Of a stretch of 36,238 nt of DNA, positions 32,811 to 36,238 are shown in pieces (the first letter of the stretch is position 1; every line of letters starts with the position of its first letter). The stretch is from a virus. Lineage: Duplodnaviria; Caudoviricetes. The notes beneath the pieces are model-generated. The model was not told the DNA's origin. It searched no databases and saw only the letters and a program-made list of their open reading frames with translations. The stretch spans positions 1-36,238 of IMG/VR virus record IMGVR_UViG_3300032312_000233; one strand, given 5' to 3'. Both the position numbers and the translations under genes were made by a program.

Positions 32811-33950
32811 ATGAACGAAGTAGTCCAGCACTCCCGTGTTGTTGGTGGTTCCACCGCCAAGCGTGTCATCAGTTGCCCCGGCTCTGTAGCCTTGTGCGCC
32901 AAGATGCCGCCTAAACCTTCAAGCAAATACGCTGACGAAGGTACCCTCTTACACAACGTCATGGATCTAATCTTGTCCACAGGTCAAACGCCTGAATCGT
33001 TTGCTGGTATGCAATACGAGGGTATTAGCCTTACCGATGAACTTATTAATGAAAAAGTCTACCCGGCCTTACGTGCGTTAGATGAAATTGATCCTAACAA
33101 GGAGATGGAGTATGCAACAGAAACAAGGGTGGGTTTCGGAGATTTCCTTCCTGGCGTGTTTGGTTCTACTGACCTGCTTGGTCGTATTGGTCGGAGGGCT
33201 TTTATTTTGGATTGGAAATTTGGTAGCGGCGTTGCTGTGGATGCTACCGATAATTCTCAGCTAATGTTCTACGCAGCAGCCGCCATGCGTACGCCCGAGG
33301 TGCAATGGGTGTTTGACGAGTGCGACGAAATCGAGTGCATCATTGTTCAGCCCCCAAGTGTAAAGCGTTGGGTTACAACCACCAAGCGCATTAAGCAGTT
33401 TGAGCAAGAGCTAGCTATGGCGGTCAAGATTAGCCAGTCGCCTGACGCGCCCTTAAACACAGGCGAACATTGCCGTTGGTGCGCTGCAAAACCCACCTGC
33501 CCTAAAATGACAGGCTTGGTTGATCGCAGCTTACACGCCCAGCTTGACATCCTTGACGTAGGGCAGATCGCTGATTACCTCAAGAAAGCCGATATGCTTG
33601 AGCAATGGATTGCGGATGTGCGTGGTTTAGCGCACCAAGTCCTAGATGCGGGTAAACCCGTGCCGGGCTTTAAGTTAGTCGCCAAGCGCGCTACACGCCA
33701 ATGGGTTGACGACGATCAAGCCTTGGTTGCGATGTTAAACGAGGGTATTCCTGAGATTGAGTTGCTGACAACTAAGGTAATATCACCAGCTCAAGCTGAA
33801 AAAGTATTGAAAAAGCATGGCAAGCAATTGCCTGCTAATCAAGTAGTAGCAGTAAGCAGTGGCAGTACGCTAGTTGAGGAGTCAGATCCAAGACCTGCGG
33901 TATTACAAATCGGGCAGCAATTGACCGCCGCCCTTTCTAAACTTCAATAA
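32811..33950 (+). CDS. DUF2800 / Cas4-like PD-(D/E)xK exonuclease with probable Fe-S cysteines
   Basis: CPGS, EGTLLH, GSTD...DWKFG, QLMFYA and CRWC...CP. Confidence 0.88.
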   Translation: MNEVVQHSRVVGGSTAKRVISCPGSVALCAKMPPKPSSKYADEGTLLHNVMDLILSTGQTPESFAGMQYEGISLTDELINEKVYPALRALDEIDPNKEMEYATETRVGFGDFLPGVFGSTDLLGRIGRRAFILDWKFGSGVAVDATDNSQLMFYAAAAMRTPEVQWVFDECDEIECIIVQPPSVKRWVTTTKRIKQFEQELAMAVKISQSPDAPLNTGEHCRWCAAKPTCPKMTGLVDRSLHAQLDILDVGQIADYLKKADMLEQWIADVRGLAHQVLDAGKPVPGFKLVAKRATRQWVDDDQALVAMLNEGIPEIELLTTKVISPAQAEKVLKKHGKQLPANQVVAVSSGSTLVEESDPRPAVLQIGQQLTAALSKLQ

Positions 33951-33961
33951 GGAATTAAATA

Positions 33962-34615
33962 ATGTCAAATATCACAACTTTCTCAGGTGCAAACCTTCCT
34001 TCTGTTAAGTCATTAGCTACAGCCTTGCGTACCATCGAAGCTGATGTTGGCGGCGCTGGTACTGTCATCATTAAGATGGACAAGACAGGCCATTGGGTAT
34101 TCGGTGCAGATCAGACCGAGATCGAGGACGACTCGACTTGGGCTGTTAATCCTTTCTCGTTTGTTCACGGCTACATTGCGTGGGGCGACGGTGAGGTGTT
34201 AGCCGAGAAGATGGTCAACGTCAGCCAGCCATTACCTGAACTCGATGCAGCGCCTCCTGGTGCTAAAAAGGGTTGGGAAACGCAGGTTGGTATGTCGATC
34301 AAATGCCTTGATGGTGAAGATAAAGGTATGGAAGCGCGCTATACCACTACGTCTGTGGGCGGTAAGAAAGCGGTTCAAGCCTTGGCGGTAGCCATTGCTA
34401 CGCAAGTAGACAAAGATCAAGACAAGCCAGTACCTGTCGTTGAGCTAGGCAAAGAGCATTACACCCATAAGTCGTATGGCCGTATCTACACCCCTGTATT
34501 TAAGGTGATTGATTGGGTCGGTATGGATGGGGACGCAGTACAAGCTGAAACAGCGCCTGCAATCGAGGCACCTGCCGAAGTAGAAGCTGCGCCAGCACGT
34601 CGCCGCCGTAGCTAA
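33962..34615 (+). CDS. Probable single-stranded DNA-binding protein
   Basis: Located between the DUF2800 exonuclease and the polymerase; aromatic beta-rich core (YGRIYTPVF) and flexible acidic/Ala tail. Confidence 0.6.
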   Translation: MSNITTFSGANLPSVKSLATALRTIEADVGGAGTVIIKMDKTGHWVFGADQTEIEDDSTWAVNPFSFVHGYIAWGDGEVLAEKMVNVSQPLPELDAAPPGAKKGWETQVGMSIKCLDGEDKGMEARYTTTSVGGKKAVQALAVAIATQVDKDQDKPVPVVELGKEHYTHKSYGRIYTPVFKVIDWVGMDGDAVQAETAPAIEAPAEVEAAPARRRRS

Positions 34616-34621
34616 AGAATA

Positions 34622-34694
34622 GGGGTGAACGTGCGTCGTATTCAGCCAGTATGGTATCTAGTCACCGAACGCTAAGAAACGCGCTAGTAGCCCC
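34622..34694 (+). ncRNA. Putative structured RNA: long hairpin with two AGUA/GAA bulged-G motifs
   Basis: Nested pairings GGGGU/GCCCC, GUGCGU/ACGCGC, UUC/GAA, AGC/GCU and GGU/ACC; internal loops GAAC/UAGUA and CAGUA/GAAC. Confidence 0.55.
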
Positions 34695-34721
34695 ACCTAC
34701 ACTACAGTCAAGGACAATTAA

Positions 34722-35357
34722 ATGAGCTTTTTAGTAGCCAACATCCCGCCCGTCAAGTGTTTTGTACGGAAAGAATTTTTATACAATCAAGAAAAAGGCC
34801 ACGGTGAGTTAGAGCCGTGTGTATGGATGACAGCCAAGGCTATCAAAGGCCAAGCGTTTCGTATTGAGTCCATGTTGACCAACTACGGCGCCCTGTACGA
34901 CAAGTTGCCGATCAGCGCCTATGTATGGAAGCCAGTAACAAATATGTTACCTTTGGACTATTTGCAGATATGGGATTGCCTGTCGTATGACATGGCAGTT
35001 ATTGAAAAGTCTAATCTGCGTGGACTCAAAGTTAAATACTTTGGCAAGGACAAACAGTTTCACTTTGGTAACTACCTGTTTACGATTGACTTCGCCGATC
35101 CTGACAGTAATCGTTTGGATACAACCTTTAGCGAGGGCGTTGAAGAACACAAGTCGTACAACTTTATTAAGTTAGATAACGGTCAGTTTGCTTGTCAACC
35201 GAATAACCGTTGCCTTTGGTATGACGTATCGCTAGTGCCTGCCGAACTTAAGAAGCCTGATTTTAAGATACCAACAGAAGTGTATAGCGTTGAGAACCAT
35301 GCCAAGTGGAGCGCCAAAGATGAGTGGTTCTACAGTTTTGTAGAGATCAAAGAATGA
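34722..35357 (+). CDS. Hypothetical phage protein (211 aa), function unknown
   Basis: SD AAGGA; ATGA-coupled to the polymerase; motifs VRKEFLY, WDCLSY, EHKS and QPNNR. Confidence 0.85.
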   Translation: MSFLVANIPPVKCFVRKEFLYNQEKGHGELEPCVWMTAKAIKGQAFRIESMLTNYGALYDKLPISAYVWKPVTNMLPLDYLQIWDCLSYDMAVIEKSNLRGLKVKYFGKDKQFHFGNYLFTIDFADPDSNRLDTTFSEGVEEHKSYNFIKLDNGQFACQPNNRCLWYDVSLVPAELKKPDFKIPTEVYSVENHAKWSAKDEWFYSFVEIKE

Positions 35358-36238
35358 TCCTTTGGTTGGATTACGAAACCCGTAGTCGTTGTGACCTGCC
35401 TAGCCGTGGCGGGTACAACTACGCACAAGACCCTAGCACCGAAATCCTGTGCATGGCGTATGCCATCGGCGACGAGGAGGTGGCCTTGTGGACACCCGAT
35501 CAGCCATTTCCAAAGCAGGTAGCGGATCTGATTGCAACAGGCGGTCAGATCAGAGCGCATAACGCAGGCTTTGATCGCTTGATTACTGAGTTCGTCCTTT
35601 GCCCTGACTACAATGTAGCTACACCAAAGCTAGAGCAATGGTATTGCACGGCAGCGCAAGCCCGTGCCAACTGTGCGCCAGGTTCGCTTGAGGACGTTGG
35701 GCGCTTTGCTAGCAGTAGCATGAAAAAAGACCACCGGGGCAAGCAATTGATCCGCTTGTTGTGCATACCCAAGGCAGATGGTACATTTAACACAGACCCC
35801 ACCTTGATGGCAGAAATGGGTAACTACGCCCTGCAAGACGTGCGGACGATGCGCGTCATCTCACAAGCCATGCGCCAGTTATCTCCTGACGAACTGCTTG
35901 ATTACCACGTCAATGAACGTATCAATGATCGCGGCGTGATGTTAGACAAGCCCTTGGCGCAGGCGGCGATCCGCTACGCGGGGGAAGAATTAGACGAAAT
36001 ACAGACACTCGTTACCGAGATCACCGAGGGTGAAATCACTTCTGTCCGCAGTCCTCGCATGAGAGAATGGGTCTTGGCTCGGGTCGGCGACGAAGCTAAA
36101 AAGTTAATGGAAATGTATAAAGATGGCGATAAAAAATATTCGATCGACAAAACAGTTCGAGCTAACCTACTTATTCTTGCTGAAGAAAACCCCGATGAAA
36201 TACCAGCGGAAGTTGCAGATGTTATCCAATGTGCGGAC
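35354..36238 (+). CDS. polA: Family A DNA polymerase, N-terminal 3'-5' exonuclease part (continues at base 95)
   Basis: Open for 295 codons to the window end; ExoI LDYETRS, ExoII AHNAGFD, ExoIII YALQDV, and INDRGV. Confidence 0.95.
   Translation, partial: MILWLDYETRSRCDLPSRGGYNYAQDPSTEILCMAYAIGDEEVALWTPDQPFPKQVADLIATGGQIRAHNAGFDRLITEFVLCPDYNVATPKLEQWYCTAAQARANCAPGSLEDVGRFASSSMKKDHRGKQLIRLLCIPKADGTFNTDPTLMAEMGNYALQDVRTMRVISQAMRQLSPDELLDYHVNERINDRGVMLDKPLAQAAIRYAGEELDEIQTLVTEITEGEITSVRSPRMREWVLARVGDEAKKLMEMYKDGDKKYSIDKTVRANLLILAEENPDEIPAEVADVIQCAD
36145..36238. repeat. Terminal direct repeat, right copy
   Basis: Identical to bases 1-94. Confidence 0.95.

Noticed and set aside
32811-33950. Cas4-like nuclease as evidence of a CRISPR system
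   Set aside because: DUF2800 exonucleases are standard in this replication module, and there is no cas1, cas2 or array.
34616-34721. tRNA, hammerhead or hairpin ribozyme in this gap
   Set aside because: There is no cloverleaf or TTC-containing T-loop in the right place, no CUGANGA core, and the hairpin-ribozyme loop elements are not in a workable order.
1-36238. Alternative genetic code or stop-codon recoding
   Set aside because: Genes tile densely under the standard code, with TAA, TGA and TAG all used as stops.

Overview
This window is an apparently complete, circularly assembled dsDNA phage genome of about 36.1 kb. Bases 1-94 are identical to 36145-36238, and the cut falls inside the DNA polymerase gene. 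The virion module is podovirus/P22-like: TerS, TerL, portal, scaffold, coat, gp4/gp10-like tail hub, needle-like protein and three ejection proteins. Fibre/tailspike genes sit between portal and scaffold. Lysis uses a holin and a GH108 endolysin. The replication set resembles APSE/SPO2-type phages: VRR-NUC, SNF2 helicase, DUF2800 exonuclease, probable SSB, family A polymerase with Leu762, and an AEP primase-SF3 helicase. Two leftward clusters of small genes are present, several of them below the ORF-track cutoff. No integrase, repressor, tRNA or CRISPR was recognised. The most notable signals are: (1) a predicted ~60-nt counter-transcribed antisense RNA covering the primase-helicase RBS and start codon, together with a 9-bp iteron-like inverted-repeat array, which suggests plasmid-style replication control; (2) a truncated DnaN beta-clamp mimic bracketed by inverted repeats; (3) a ~73-nt intergenic RNA hairpin with two sarcin-ricin-like AGUA/GAA motifs; (4) a coupled HTH-metallophosphoesterase plus SprT-like protease pair. 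All functional calls come from motif recognition by eye; no searches were run.
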